Shown here piece after piece: positions 1 to 8,457 of a stretch of 32,000 bases of DNA. The DNA comes from Chlamydiales bacterium. GTDB lineage: Bacteria > Chlamydiota > Chlamydiia > Chlamydiales > SM23-39. The translations under genes were made by a program, and so were the position numbers. Numbering within the stretch: the stretch's first letter is position 1; each line of letters opens with the position of its first letter. The notes beneath the pieces are model-generated. The model was not told where the DNA came from, made no database searches, and worked only from the letters and a program-made list of their open reading frames with translations. Location: the NCBI GenBank assembly GCA_965261025.1, contig OZ253438.1:1230001-1262000 (forward strand). Reading direction: 5' to 3'.

Positions 1-1052
1 ATAGTTGCCAGCGTTTCTGAAACTGTCCCGATTTGATTGAGCTTGATCAAGATAGCATTAGCGCACTTTGCCTCTATCCCTTTTTTCAGAAAAAAAGGGT
101 TGGTGACAAAAAGATCATCTCCGACAAGTTGTATTTTTTTCCCCAGTTTTTTTGTTAAAAGAGCCCATCCCTCCCAGTCATTTTGGTCTAAGCCATCTTC
201 TATAGAATCTATAGGATATTGGTTGCAAAGCTTTTCTAGGTAGAGGATCATTTCTTTATAGGATTTTTTAGTGGTTGTATTTTTTTCTACATAATAAGGA
301 GCTTTGAAAAACTCAGAAGCAGCAACATCTAGGGAAAGAGAGATTTGCTTTCCTAAGGAAAACCCGGTTTTTTCTATAGCTGAGCAAAGAAAGTCAAGAG
401 CTTCTTCTGCAGAAGAGAAAGCAGGAGCAAAACCTCCCTCATCTCCGACTGCTGTGGAGAGATTTTTTTCTTGCAAAAGCCTTTTTAGGCTATGAAAACT
501 TTCTGAGCCCATTCTTAGGGCTTCTTTGAAAGAAGCCGCTTGTTTAGGACGGATCATAAACTCCTGAAAACTTAAGAGATTAGCTGCATGTACCCCTCCA
601 TTGATTATGTTCATCATGGGACAAGGAAGAATATATTGAGATTTTTCTCTTAAAGACCTAAACAGAGGAAGCTTTTTCGTTTTAGAGGCAGCGACAGCTA
701 CTGCCATTGAGACACCTAGTAAGGCGTTTGCTCCTAGAAAGGATTTATTTTTCGTTCCATCTAAAGAGCACAAAATAGCATCAATTTTTTGTTGTTCTAG
801 AACAGAAACACCCCGTAGAGCAGAAAAAATAGGCCCTTCTATATTTTTTATGACATGTAAAACCCCTTTTCCAAAATATCTTTTGGGGTCTTTATCCCTT
901 AGTTCCAAAGCCTCATTTTCTCCAGTAGAGGCTCCTGATGGGACAGAAGAGGAACCAATAATTCTGTCTTTTGTTTCTACAAAGACCCGCACTGTAGGCG
1001 TTCCTCTAGAATCCAAAATCTCTAAGGCTCTGATTTTTTCAATAAGCGACAT
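1..1052 (-). CDS. eno: Enolase (phosphopyruvate hydratase), 5' portion; 3' end lies beyond the window edge
   Basis: Reverse-strand translation from the ATG at 1052-1050 reads MSLIEKIRALEILDSRGTPTVRVFVETKDRIIGSSSVPSGASTGENEALELRDKDPKRYFGKGV... It stays open to nt 1 (...LIKLNQIGTVSETLAT). These are classic enolase N-terminal and SGASTG blocks. It is missing from the ORF track because it runs off the window. It starts 1 nt after the rsgA stop. Confidence 0.95.
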   Translation of the reverse strand, partial: MSLIEKIRALEILDSRGTPTVRVFVETKDRIIGSSSVPSGASTGENEALELRDKDPKRYFGKGVLHVIKNIEGPIFSALRGVSVLEQQKIDAILCSLDGTKNKSFLGANALLGVSMAVAVAASKTKKLPLFRSLREKSQYILPCPMMNIINGGVHAANLLSFQEFMIRPKQAASFKEALRMGSESFHSLKRLLQEKNLSTAVGDEGGFAPAFSSAEEALDFLCSAIEKTGFSLGKQISLSLDVAASEFFKAPYYVEKNTTTKKSYKEMILYLEKLCNQYPIDSIEDGLDQNDWEGWALLTKKLGKKIQLVGDDLFVTNPFFLKKGIEAKCANAILIKLNQIGTVSETLAT

Positions 1053-1053
1053 G

Positions 1054-2082
1054 TTAATACTCTTTGTTATTAAGGCTTTCTGCTAAAAGACTTTGATAAG
1101 AATCAAAGCGAAGGGGAGATATTTTTCCCTCTTCTACCGCTTTTTTTACTCCACAGGAGGGCTCTTTGAAATGTAGGCAGTTTTGGAATCTACAATTTTT
1201 AGAGAAAGCTTTTATTTCCTTAAAATATTCTTTTATTTCCTCTTTTTCAAGTTGGTAAATGCCTAAACTTTTAATTCCAGGGGTATCTATGCAAAAGCCT
1301 CCTCCTTTCATGGGTAGAAGATGTGCCTGAGAGGTAGTATGTTTTCCTCTATAATGTTTGACAGTCATTTTCCCAACAGGAAGACAAAGACCTAAGGTGA
1401 AATTGATTAAAGAAGATTTTCCTACTCCAGATTGTCCTGAAAAGACAGAAGTTTTTTTTCTCATAAATCTCTTTAAAGAATTCAGACCTTTTTTCGTTTT
1501 ACAACTTACCGAAATAACAGGAATAGATAAAGATGTATAGATTCTTATAAACTCTTTATAAAAAGGAGCTCTTTCTTTATCTAAAAGGTCGATTTTATTA
1601 ATCAAAATTAGGGGAGACATATTTCCTTTTTGGCAGGCAATGATATATCGATCTACCAAAAAAGGTTTTAAAGGGGGGAGAGCTACGGAACATGTGATAA
1701 AAACTTGATCTACGTTTACCGCAATGAAGTGCTGTTTTTTTTGTAAAGGATCTTTTCGTGTCAAAAAAGAAAAGCGTTTTTCAATCGATATAATCTGCCC
1801 TATCTCTTTTTCTATGGGTTCAAAAACTACCCAATCTCCTACACAAATAAGGTTTTTTGTAGTTTTTTTTGTTTGTTTTAAAGAACCCTTTACCGTGCAA
1901 AAAAAAGTTTTATTTTCCTGTTGTACCCAAACATTTTCTTTAGTAATAGAGATAACTCGTCCCCTTTTGCAAAGGCCGCTTTTTTTTTGATAAGAAGGGG
2001 TTTTGGGAGAAATCTTCTTTGGGGAAAGTTTTTTCCTTTTATGAAACTCTTCTTCTAGAAAGTAGGCATTTTCGTTTTTCAT
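1054..2082 (-). CDS. rsgA: Ribosome small-subunit-dependent GTPase A (RsgA/YjeQ)
   Basis: 342-aa ORF with circularly permuted GTPase motifs: NKIDLL (G4), GQSGVGKSSLIN (P-loop) and DTPG (G3). A C-terminal zinc knuckle CRFQNCLHFKEPSCGV is typical of RsgA. Confidence 0.9.
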   Translation of the reverse strand: MKNENAYFLEEEFHKRKKLSPKKISPKTPSYQKKSGLCKRGRVISITKENVWVQQENKTFFCTVKGSLKQTKKTTKNLICVGDWVVFEPIEKEIGQIISIEKRFSFLTRKDPLQKKQHFIAVNVDQVFITCSVALPPLKPFLVDRYIIACQKGNMSPLILINKIDLLDKERAPFYKEFIRIYTSLSIPVISVSCKTKKGLNSLKRFMRKKTSVFSGQSGVGKSSLINFTLGLCLPVGKMTVKHYRGKHTTSQAHLLPMKGGGFCIDTPGIKSLGIYQLEKEEIKEYFKEIKAFSKNCRFQNCLHFKEPSCGVKKAVEEGKISPLRFDSYQSLLAESLNNKEY

Positions 2083-2133
2083 AAGCTAATAAATGAGCAC
2101 TTTATCCTTATACACAATATCTGTGCAAGGAGC

Positions 2134-2916
2134 TTAAGGTTTTCTTTTTACTCCTTTTAGGAATGGATCCCTTTTTAAAGAGGAAGCCTTTAACTGATAT
2201 AGAATAAGGGAAGCTGCTACAGTTACATTATACGATTCTAGTTTTTTGCTCATAGGGATAGTGATTTTCTTTCCCTCCTTTGTAAAAAGGGAAGCGGGAC
2301 CTTTTCCCTCATTTCCTAAAAGGAGGACAGAAGAGTTTTTTACCCGGATTTTTTCTAAAGAAGTCCCTTCAAGATCTGCCACAAAAAGATCTTTCTTTGT
2401 ATTTTGGATCCAAAAGAGAAATTCCTCAGGAGAAAATTTTTGGAAAGGAAGAGAAAAAACAGAGCCTTTACTAGCTCGTATCGACTTTTCATGAAAAGGG
2501 TCACAGGAGCCTTCCAAAAGAATAATCCCTTCTACAAAAAGACCTAAAGCACTTCGAAAAAGGCCGCCCATATTGGCAGGATCTTGTATCCTATCTAAAG
2601 CTAAAACAAAAAAGGCTTTGGATACATCTTGGGGCTTGGGACAGGGTACCACAGCCAGGGCTTTTTCTTCATATCCAGCCATTTTTTTTAAAACTGCAGT
2701 AGAGACCTTTATGTGTTCTACACAAGGGGAAAAAAAAGAAGAAGTTTTTTCTGTAATTAGGAGGCAGAGTTCTTTATTTACAGGCCACTCTTGGATCATT
2801 TTTTCCCCAAAAAGTAGCGCCTTATTTTCTTTTCTCCTTCTTCTAGGATCCTTTCTTAAGAGTACGATTTGTTTTACAATTGGGTGTTGTGTACTTGTAA
2901 TCAATTTTGCTAGCAT
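2134..2916 (-). CDS. TrmH/SpoU-family RNA 2'-O-ribose methyltransferase (RlmB-like)
   Basis: 260-aa ORF with C-terminal SpoU methylase knot motifs (LLLGNEGKGP; IPM..LESYNVTVAASLILYQL) and an N-terminal substrate-binding-like segment. Confidence 0.85.
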   Translation of the reverse strand: MLAKLITSTQHPIVKQIVLLRKDPRRRRKENKALLFGEKMIQEWPVNKELCLLITEKTSSFFSPCVEHIKVSTAVLKKMAGYEEKALAVVPCPKPQDVSKAFFVLALDRIQDPANMGGLFRSALGLFVEGIILLEGSCDPFHEKSIRASKGSVFSLPFQKFSPEEFLFWIQNTKKDLFVADLEGTSLEKIRVKNSSVLLLGNEGKGPASLFTKEGKKITIPMSKKLESYNVTVAASLILYQLKASSLKRDPFLKGVKRKP

Positions 2917-2925
2917 ACGAAAAAA

Positions 2926-4716
2926 ATGACAAATATGAAAAAAGCCTCTTACAAATGGAAATTGAAACGCTCTCTTTCCTTTCGCATCTTTTTTCTCTGT
3001 TTTTTATTCTTAATTATTCCCCTGGTAGTCCACACCTTCTTCTTATATAGAGAAGAGTACGAGGAAGCGCTTAACGATACGTTTTCTTCTCTTTTTCTTT
3101 TTTCTAGAGACAGAGCCTATTTTTTAGAAGAGATTTTAGAAAAGGAAAAAAATCTTTTCACGCTTTTTTCGGAAGAAATACCCTCTCTTTCTCCAGATTC
3201 TTTTTTAGAAGAAAGGGCAAAACTCTTTTCTATTCCCTTTCTTTTCTTAGTAGAAAAAAGGGGAGGACAGTGGAGGATAACGCATGGTTCTTTAAAGGAG
3301 GGGATAGGAAAGCTGTTTCCCTTGTTTCCCGAAAGACTAGAGGAGACCCTTTTTGTTCCATCTAAAAAACAAAGGGGGGCTTACTTCTTAAAAAAAATCA
3401 CAGAACAGCGCTACATAGGAGCCTTTTTTTCTTTTTCTTGGTTAGTGCATAAGTTACACCTCAAGTCTCTTCCCTTTAAAGTTGAGTTAAGCCTTTTAGG
3501 TCCTAATCAAGAGGTCTTTTTTTCTACCTCCTCCTCTTTACAAGGGAAACTGTTTCAGGAAAAAGGAACCGCTTTTCCTGGAATTTACTTAGAAGTTTTT
3601 CCTGGTAAGAATTCATCTTTCTTCTTTAGGCAAAAAGCCTCTTCTTTAGCAGTTATTTCTCCTATAAAGAACACCGGGTTTCAACTTATGGCAAGTTCTA
3701 GTCGAGAAGAAATCAAGCAGATCCAGATTAACCGATATATAAAAAACTTTATTCAATTATTTCTCCTTTTGTTTTTCTTAGGAGGAGGGATCACCTATCT
3801 TTTTCTTTTTTTATTTACTAAGCCTTTAAAGAAGCTATTTGTTTCTATGCAGAGGGTAGAAGCAGGGGATTTATCTGCGCGTTTTACAAAAGACAGGTGG
3901 GGTTTTGAGATTAATCTATTAGGGGAGTATTTTAACAAGATGATGGAAGCTATGATTTCTCATCAAAAGCAGGCACAAAAGGAAGCTCTTCAAAGAAATC
4001 TTTTGCAAAGAGAACTTTTTTTAGCGCATCAAATTCAAAAAGGACTGCTTCCTCAAAATTTAAAGGAAGTTTCTTCTATGAAAATTGCTACCTTTTTTTC
4101 TCCTTCTTTTCATATGGGAGGGGATTTTTATGATTTTTTCGAAATAGAAAAAGGTATCTTTCTTTTTTATATTGCCGATATTTCAGGGAAAGGAATGGAA
4201 GCAGGCCTTTATGCTTTAACGCTTCGAAGCTATGTTCGAGGAGCTGCTAAGGGAAAAAAAGATTTAAAAGAACTCCTGCCTTTGGTGAACGAACTTTTTT
4301 TGCAAGATACAGAAAAAGATTCTGTATTTGCTACTTGCTGGATGGGAATTTATGAGGAAAAGACAGGAATTCTCTCTTATGCTTGTTTAGGGCATCCTCC
4401 TGCTTATCTTATTCGGAAGGCAAAGATAGAGGAGTTGAAAACGGAAGGGCTCGCCTTGGGAGTACAAAAAGAGATTTTTGAGGTAAAAATAGAAAAAGTA
4501 CAGAAAAAAGATATTTTGTTTTTCTTTACAGATGGACTTTTTGAAGCAGAAAACGAAAAAGGGGAGTTTTATACTTTGAATCGGTTAAAGGCCTATCTTT
4601 TTTCTCAGAAAGAAAAACCCCTTGAGGAGCTTATGAAAAATCTTCAGCAAGAGCTACAGAGTTATCAAAAGGAAAAAAAAGACGATACGGCAGCTATGGC
4701 TCTTTATTTTCATTAA
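2926..4716 (+). CDS. rsbU: Membrane-anchored PP2C/SpoIIE-type serine phosphatase with sensor and HAMP-like regions (chlamydial RsbU architecture)
   Basis: 596 aa. Order of elements: TM helix (IFFLCFLFLIIPLVV), roughly 250-aa extracytoplasmic region, second TM (LFLLLFFLGGGITYLFLFLF), HAMP-like segment (VEAGDLSARF...), then PPM motifs GGDFYDF, IADISGKGMEAG, FFFTDGLFEAEN and DDTAAMALYF. An alternative ATG lies at 2935. Confidence 0.85.
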   Translation: MTNMKKASYKWKLKRSLSFRIFFLCFLFLIIPLVVHTFFLYREEYEEALNDTFSSLFLFSRDRAYFLEEILEKEKNLFTLFSEEIPSLSPDSFLEERAKLFSIPFLFLVEKRGGQWRITHGSLKEGIGKLFPLFPERLEETLFVPSKKQRGAYFLKKITEQRYIGAFFSFSWLVHKLHLKSLPFKVELSLLGPNQEVFFSTSSSLQGKLFQEKGTAFPGIYLEVFPGKNSSFFFRQKASSLAVISPIKNTGFQLMASSSREEIKQIQINRYIKNFIQLFLLLFFLGGGITYLFLFLFTKPLKKLFVSMQRVEAGDLSARFTKDRWGFEINLLGEYFNKMMEAMISHQKQAQKEALQRNLLQRELFLAHQIQKGLLPQNLKEVSSMKIATFFSPSFHMGGDFYDFFEIEKGIFLFYIADISGKGMEAGLYALTLRSYVRGAAKGKKDLKELLPLVNELFLQDTEKDSVFATCWMGIYEEKTGILSYACLGHPPAYLIRKAKIEELKTEGLALGVQKEIFEVKIEKVQKKDILFFFTDGLFEAENEKGEFYTLNRLKAYLFSQKEKPLEELMKNLQQELQSYQKEKKDDTAAMALYFH

Positions 4717-5935
4717 GCCGAAGGGTTTTTTTCAAAAGGGAGAAAACCTGCTCTGGGTCCTGCATTTTTTGATTGATTACCATTTTTTCTCCTTCTTGTA
4801 AGAGAAGCCCAAAGTATTTTCCCTCTTGTATTCCTTTTTCTTTCAGAAAAGCAGAAGAGAAAAGAGGCTTTTTTTCTTGAATTCTTTTTATCTCCTCTTG
4901 GAGAAAGGAATTTTTTTCTCTTTGCTTTTTTAGGAAAAGCGTTCCTTCTTTTTCAGTCAATCTTGCTACATGAACTAATAGGGTATCTTCAAAGAAAGGA
5001 TGGGCATGCAGGTGGGCCCATTCATAATCAGAAACAGCAGAGTATTTTCGAAACAGTCTCTCTGCTTTCGCTTGGTAGATTACCCAATTTTTATCCTTTT
5101 GAGAAAGCTTTAAAAAATCGCAAAGAGCTAGTTTTTTTTCCAAAGAAGCTTCTTGAAAAAGCTCTAAGATATAAGCAATGGTAGGGGTTTTTGGGGGAAA
5201 CTGCTCAAGGGGAGCTAGTTTTTTTTCTATGCTTTCTTTAGGGAAAAAACGAAGTTCTGGAAAAATAGTAGAGAGAAGGCCGAAGTGGTATAGGAGAATA
5301 AGCCCCACACGAAACCCAGGATAGAGGCTCATTTTTATCAGTTCTTGCCAAACTCTTTCTATGGCAACACTCGGAAAAAGTTCTTTGGCGTGGAGATATA
5401 TAGCGCACTGTGTCTTCTTTTCTATAGTAAAATGGAAACGACAAGCAAGTCTTACTGCGCGGATCATTCGAAGCCTGTCTTCTCTAAATCTTTCTTCGGG
5501 ATTTCCTATGGCTCGAACGATTTTTTTTGCTAAATCTTTTTTTCCTCCTACAAAGTCGATCACCCTTTTCTGTAGAGGGTCATAGAACATCCCATTTATG
5601 GTAAAATCTCTTCGGGAGGCATCTTTTTCTGCTGTGGTAAAGACAACCTTACTGGGTCTTCTCCCATCTTTATATTCTAAATCAGAACGAAAAGTTGCTA
5701 CCTCAAATTTTTTGTCTTTTACAAAAACCAGTATAATACCAAAAGCAAGACCTATAGGAAGTGTCTTTTCAAAAAGGGCTTGGATTGCTTCAGGAGGGGC
5801 GTTAGTAGCTATATCAATATCTTCCGAACTCTCTTGTAGTAGAAAATCACGCACCCAACCTCCAGCATAGTAGGCAAGATACCCTTTTTGGGTGAGGGTT
5901 TTAATGATAAAGAGTGCTTCTGGATAATGGCACAT
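4694..5935 (-). CDS. cca: Class-II tRNA nucleotidyltransferase (CCA-adding enzyme; often annotated pcnB in chlamydiae)
   Basis: Motifs GGWVRDFLL, DIDIAT, RRDFTINGMFYDP and FREDRLRMIRAVRLACRF (EDxxR-type). The track start at 5941 is a TTG; the in-frame ATG at 5935 is preferred. Its 3' end overlaps the rsbU 3' end by 23 nt (convergent). Confidence 0.85.
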   Translation of the reverse strand: MCHYPEALFIIKTLTQKGYLAYYAGGWVRDFLLQESSEDIDIATNAPPEAIQALFEKTLPIGLAFGIILVFVKDKKFEVATFRSDLEYKDGRRPSKVVFTTAEKDASRRDFTINGMFYDPLQKRVIDFVGGKKDLAKKIVRAIGNPEERFREDRLRMIRAVRLACRFHFTIEKKTQCAIYLHAKELFPSVAIERVWQELIKMSLYPGFRVGLILLYHFGLLSTIFPELRFFPKESIEKKLAPLEQFPPKTPTIAYILELFQEASLEKKLALCDFLKLSQKDKNWVIYQAKAERLFRKYSAVSDYEWAHLHAHPFFEDTLLVHVARLTEKEGTLFLKKQREKNSFLQEEIKRIQEKKPLFSSAFLKEKGIQEGKYFGLLLQEGEKMVINQKMQDPEQVFSLLKKTLRLNENKEP

Positions 5936-5937
5936 AA

Positions 5938-6714
5938 TCAAAAAGAATTTGTAATCTTTGCCGAGAAGGCTTCTTCATCAAAAAACCTAGCCTCTCCACT
6001 TACATATAGGCTGCTTGTTAGATTTAAAGAAAGTCCTGTAAAAAGCCCCCAATTACAAGGCGTAGTAAATCGAAGAGAAGGGAGAGATCCTGTCGTTTTT
6101 ACTTTCAAAACCCCATGAGAATATTTTGTCCCAACATAAGGGGAAAAAGGACCTAGCTTGGTAGAAAAACCGAGGGCAATATGCCACTCCTTCCACTTTA
6201 GATACTGTTCATTCAGAGCAAGAGGTTGGTAGAGGTTTTGTAATCTTTGTTGGATTTTTTTGGAAGAAGGAAGAGTGAAATATTGAACATCCAGACCTAA
6301 AACAGCAGATCCAAAATCCAAGAGGATAAATTTGGATCCTATTGCATAAGTGAAGTGATATTTTGTTTCCAGCTTAGAATAGGAAGGGGTAAGCGGTTCC
6401 CACTGCATAGTCTCTTGAGTAAGACCCAAAAAGGCATATAGCTCCATTCTCTTTAAAAGGGTAAGGCAGGCATATCCTAAGTGGGCCTCTATTTGATAAT
6501 CAGTTACTTTTTTTAAGTTCACCTCAGAAGGTTTCCTGGAAGAGTCTAGTTTTCTCATCTCAACAAAGTCAAAAAGATATCCTGTATTCAAAGAAATTAA
6601 CGGGTTTGGCATACCAAAAATTCCCTTGGACAAAAGAGCAGGACTTGCTGGATTTCCCGTATAGGAGGCAAAGCAAAGAAAAGGAAGTATCAGAAAAAAA
6701 GCGAAAGTTTTCAT
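5938..6714 (-). CDS. Chlamydial MOMP/PorB-family outer-membrane beta-barrel protein, unusually short (258 aa)
   Basis: Signal peptide MKTFAFFLILPFLCFA followed by YTGNPASPALL (the GNPAxP hallmark of MOMP). Internal block EWHIALGFSTKLGPFSPYVGTKYSH and a C-terminal ...ARFFDEEAFSAKITNSF ending in Phe. Confidence 0.8.
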   Translation of the reverse strand: MKTFAFFLILPFLCFASYTGNPASPALLSKGIFGMPNPLISLNTGYLFDFVEMRKLDSSRKPSEVNLKKVTDYQIEAHLGYACLTLLKRMELYAFLGLTQETMQWEPLTPSYSKLETKYHFTYAIGSKFILLDFGSAVLGLDVQYFTLPSSKKIQQRLQNLYQPLALNEQYLKWKEWHIALGFSTKLGPFSPYVGTKYSHGVLKVKTTGSLPSLRFTTPCNWGLFTGLSLNLTSSLYVSGEARFFDEEAFSAKITNSF

Positions 6715-6849
6715 ATAAAGAGCCTCATTCTACTAGATATTCTGTTTTTTGCAGCAAAAAGATGTATCGGGTTTGAAGAGAACTGGAGAAAAGTCTTTTT
6801 CTAAAAGAGTGCTTTTTTTCAAAATGGACCCTTAAGGGGTTTTTGTTTT

Positions 6850-8457
6850 ATGTCCAAGATAGCCTATTTATCTGAAGAAGTAATCGATCAAATTGCAGCA
6901 GGAGAGGTTATAGAATCGCCAGCTTCTGTAGTGAAAGAACTGATAGAAAATGCCATAGATGCTAAAGCAGGTAAGATTACCCTTTTTATAAAAGGAGGAG
7001 GCTTTGAGGAGATCTTCGTAGAAGATGATGGAGAGGGAATGAGTAGAGAGGAGATAAAACTCTCTATAAAAAGACATGCTACTTCCAAAATTCGTAGAAC
7101 GCAGGATTTATTTACTCTGAATACGATGGGCTTTCGAGGGGAGGCGCTGGCTTCTATTGCCTCTATTTCAAAAATGGAAATAAGAAGTTCTCAAGGACAA
7201 GAGGGAGCTTTTTTTTGTTTTCAAGCAGGAGAGGTTTTAGAAGAAAAAGAAGAGGGGAAAAATCAAGGGACTGCTATTCGGATTCTCTCTCTTTTTTACA
7301 ATGTTCCTGCGAGAAAAGCCTTTCAAAAAAGTAGTGCGGCCTCTTTAACAGAAATCCTTCGTTATGTGACTGCTTTGGCTTTATCTCACTATGAGATAGA
7401 GTTTACCCTTTTCGTGGAAGAAGAAAGAAAGCTTTTTGCCCCGGTTGTTCTTGCTTTTTCAGATAAGCAGAAGCTACAAGAAAGGCTGCAGATGTTACAT
7501 AAAGAGGAAATTTGCAATGGGGGGCGGTGGCTTTTCTGGGAAAAAGCGGGGTTTTCGGTATTTGGTTTTTTATCTTCTTCTGAAGTAGTAAAGAGAAACA
7601 GGCTCAGTCAGTATCTTTTTATCAATCGAAGGTGGGTTGTTTCTCCGCAAATCTGTAGCATAGTGAAAGAGATGTATGGAACAAACATCGCAGAAAGGGA
7701 TTTTCCTTGTTTTTCCCTTTTTTTACAAATACCTAAAGATCAAATAGATGTAAATGTACATCCCCAAAAGAAAGAGGTAAGGATTCAGAACTTTTCTTTT
7801 CTACGAAAATTTTTGTGGGAAGCTTTTTTTGATACCTATCCCTCGACGCCTAACTCTTTTTCTCTAGAACAAAGAGAAAATTTCATGGAAGAAGGGTTTT
7901 TTTTTCAAGAAGATGACCTTCCTCAAGGCAAAGAAGAAGAGCCTTCTTTATTTTCCTCCGTTTTTTTCTTTCATATGGAGGGTAAATTTTTATTGGGGAT
8001 TCAACAAGAAGAAAAGAAACTTCTTTTGGTAAATGTTTCTCTTTTACATGAAGCTCTTTTTGGAAAATGGCTGGAAAATCCTCAAAACTTTTCTCAAGCT
8101 CTCTTAGAACCTGTTTTAATAGAACTTACTAAAGAAGAAATAGAGGAGGTAGATTTTTTTGCCGAAAAATGGAGAGAAAAGGGAGTGGAGGTTAGAAAAA
8201 TCTCAGAAAGAAGCATTGCCATAGACAAGATTCCCTCCTTTTTACCTACGAATCAGGTCTATTTTTTTATTAAAGAGTTGCTCTATCTTTTTTCTTCTCA
8301 AAGCAAAGGAAGAAAAAAGGGGTTTTTAAGAAAGGGCGTTTTTCAGTTTGAAGAAGCAAAAGCTTTGTATAACTTGGCAGAAAAAGAAAAAATAGATAAG
8401 ACCCTTTTTCAAAGGGTGCTAACAGAGGGACAACTCAACCAGTTTATGAGAGCATGA
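6850..8457 (+). CDS. mutL: DNA mismatch repair protein MutL
   Basis: N-terminal GHKL ATPase signature: IDQIAAGEVIESPASVVKELIENAIDA, DDGEGM, GFRGEALASI. 535 aa. The stop overlaps the pepP ATG (ATGA). Confidence 0.9.
   Translation: MSKIAYLSEEVIDQIAAGEVIESPASVVKELIENAIDAKAGKITLFIKGGGFEEIFVEDDGEGMSREEIKLSIKRHATSKIRRTQDLFTLNTMGFRGEALASIASISKMEIRSSQGQEGAFFCFQAGEVLEEKEEGKNQGTAIRILSLFYNVPARKAFQKSSAASLTEILRYVTALALSHYEIEFTLFVEEERKLFAPVVLAFSDKQKLQERLQMLHKEEICNGGRWLFWEKAGFSVFGFLSSSEVVKRNRLSQYLFINRRWVVSPQICSIVKEMYGTNIAERDFPCFSLFLQIPKDQIDVNVHPQKKEVRIQNFSFLRKFLWEAFFDTYPSTPNSFSLEQRENFMEEGFFFQEDDLPQGKEEEPSLFSSVFFFHMEGKFLLGIQQEEKKLLLVNVSLLHEALFGKWLENPQNFSQALLEPVLIELTKEEIEEVDFFAEKWREKGVEVRKISERSIAIDKIPSFLPTNQVYFFIKELLYLFSSQSKGRKKGFLRKGVFQFEEAKALYNLAEKEKIDKTLFQRVLTEGQLNQFMRA

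Noticed and set aside
37-1086. Plus-strand ORFs 37..243, 304..495 and 850..1086 from the track
   Set aside because: They lie antisense to a clearly recognisable enolase reading frame on the minus strand. Their low-complexity products have no motifs. They are shadow ORFs typical of AT-rich DNA.
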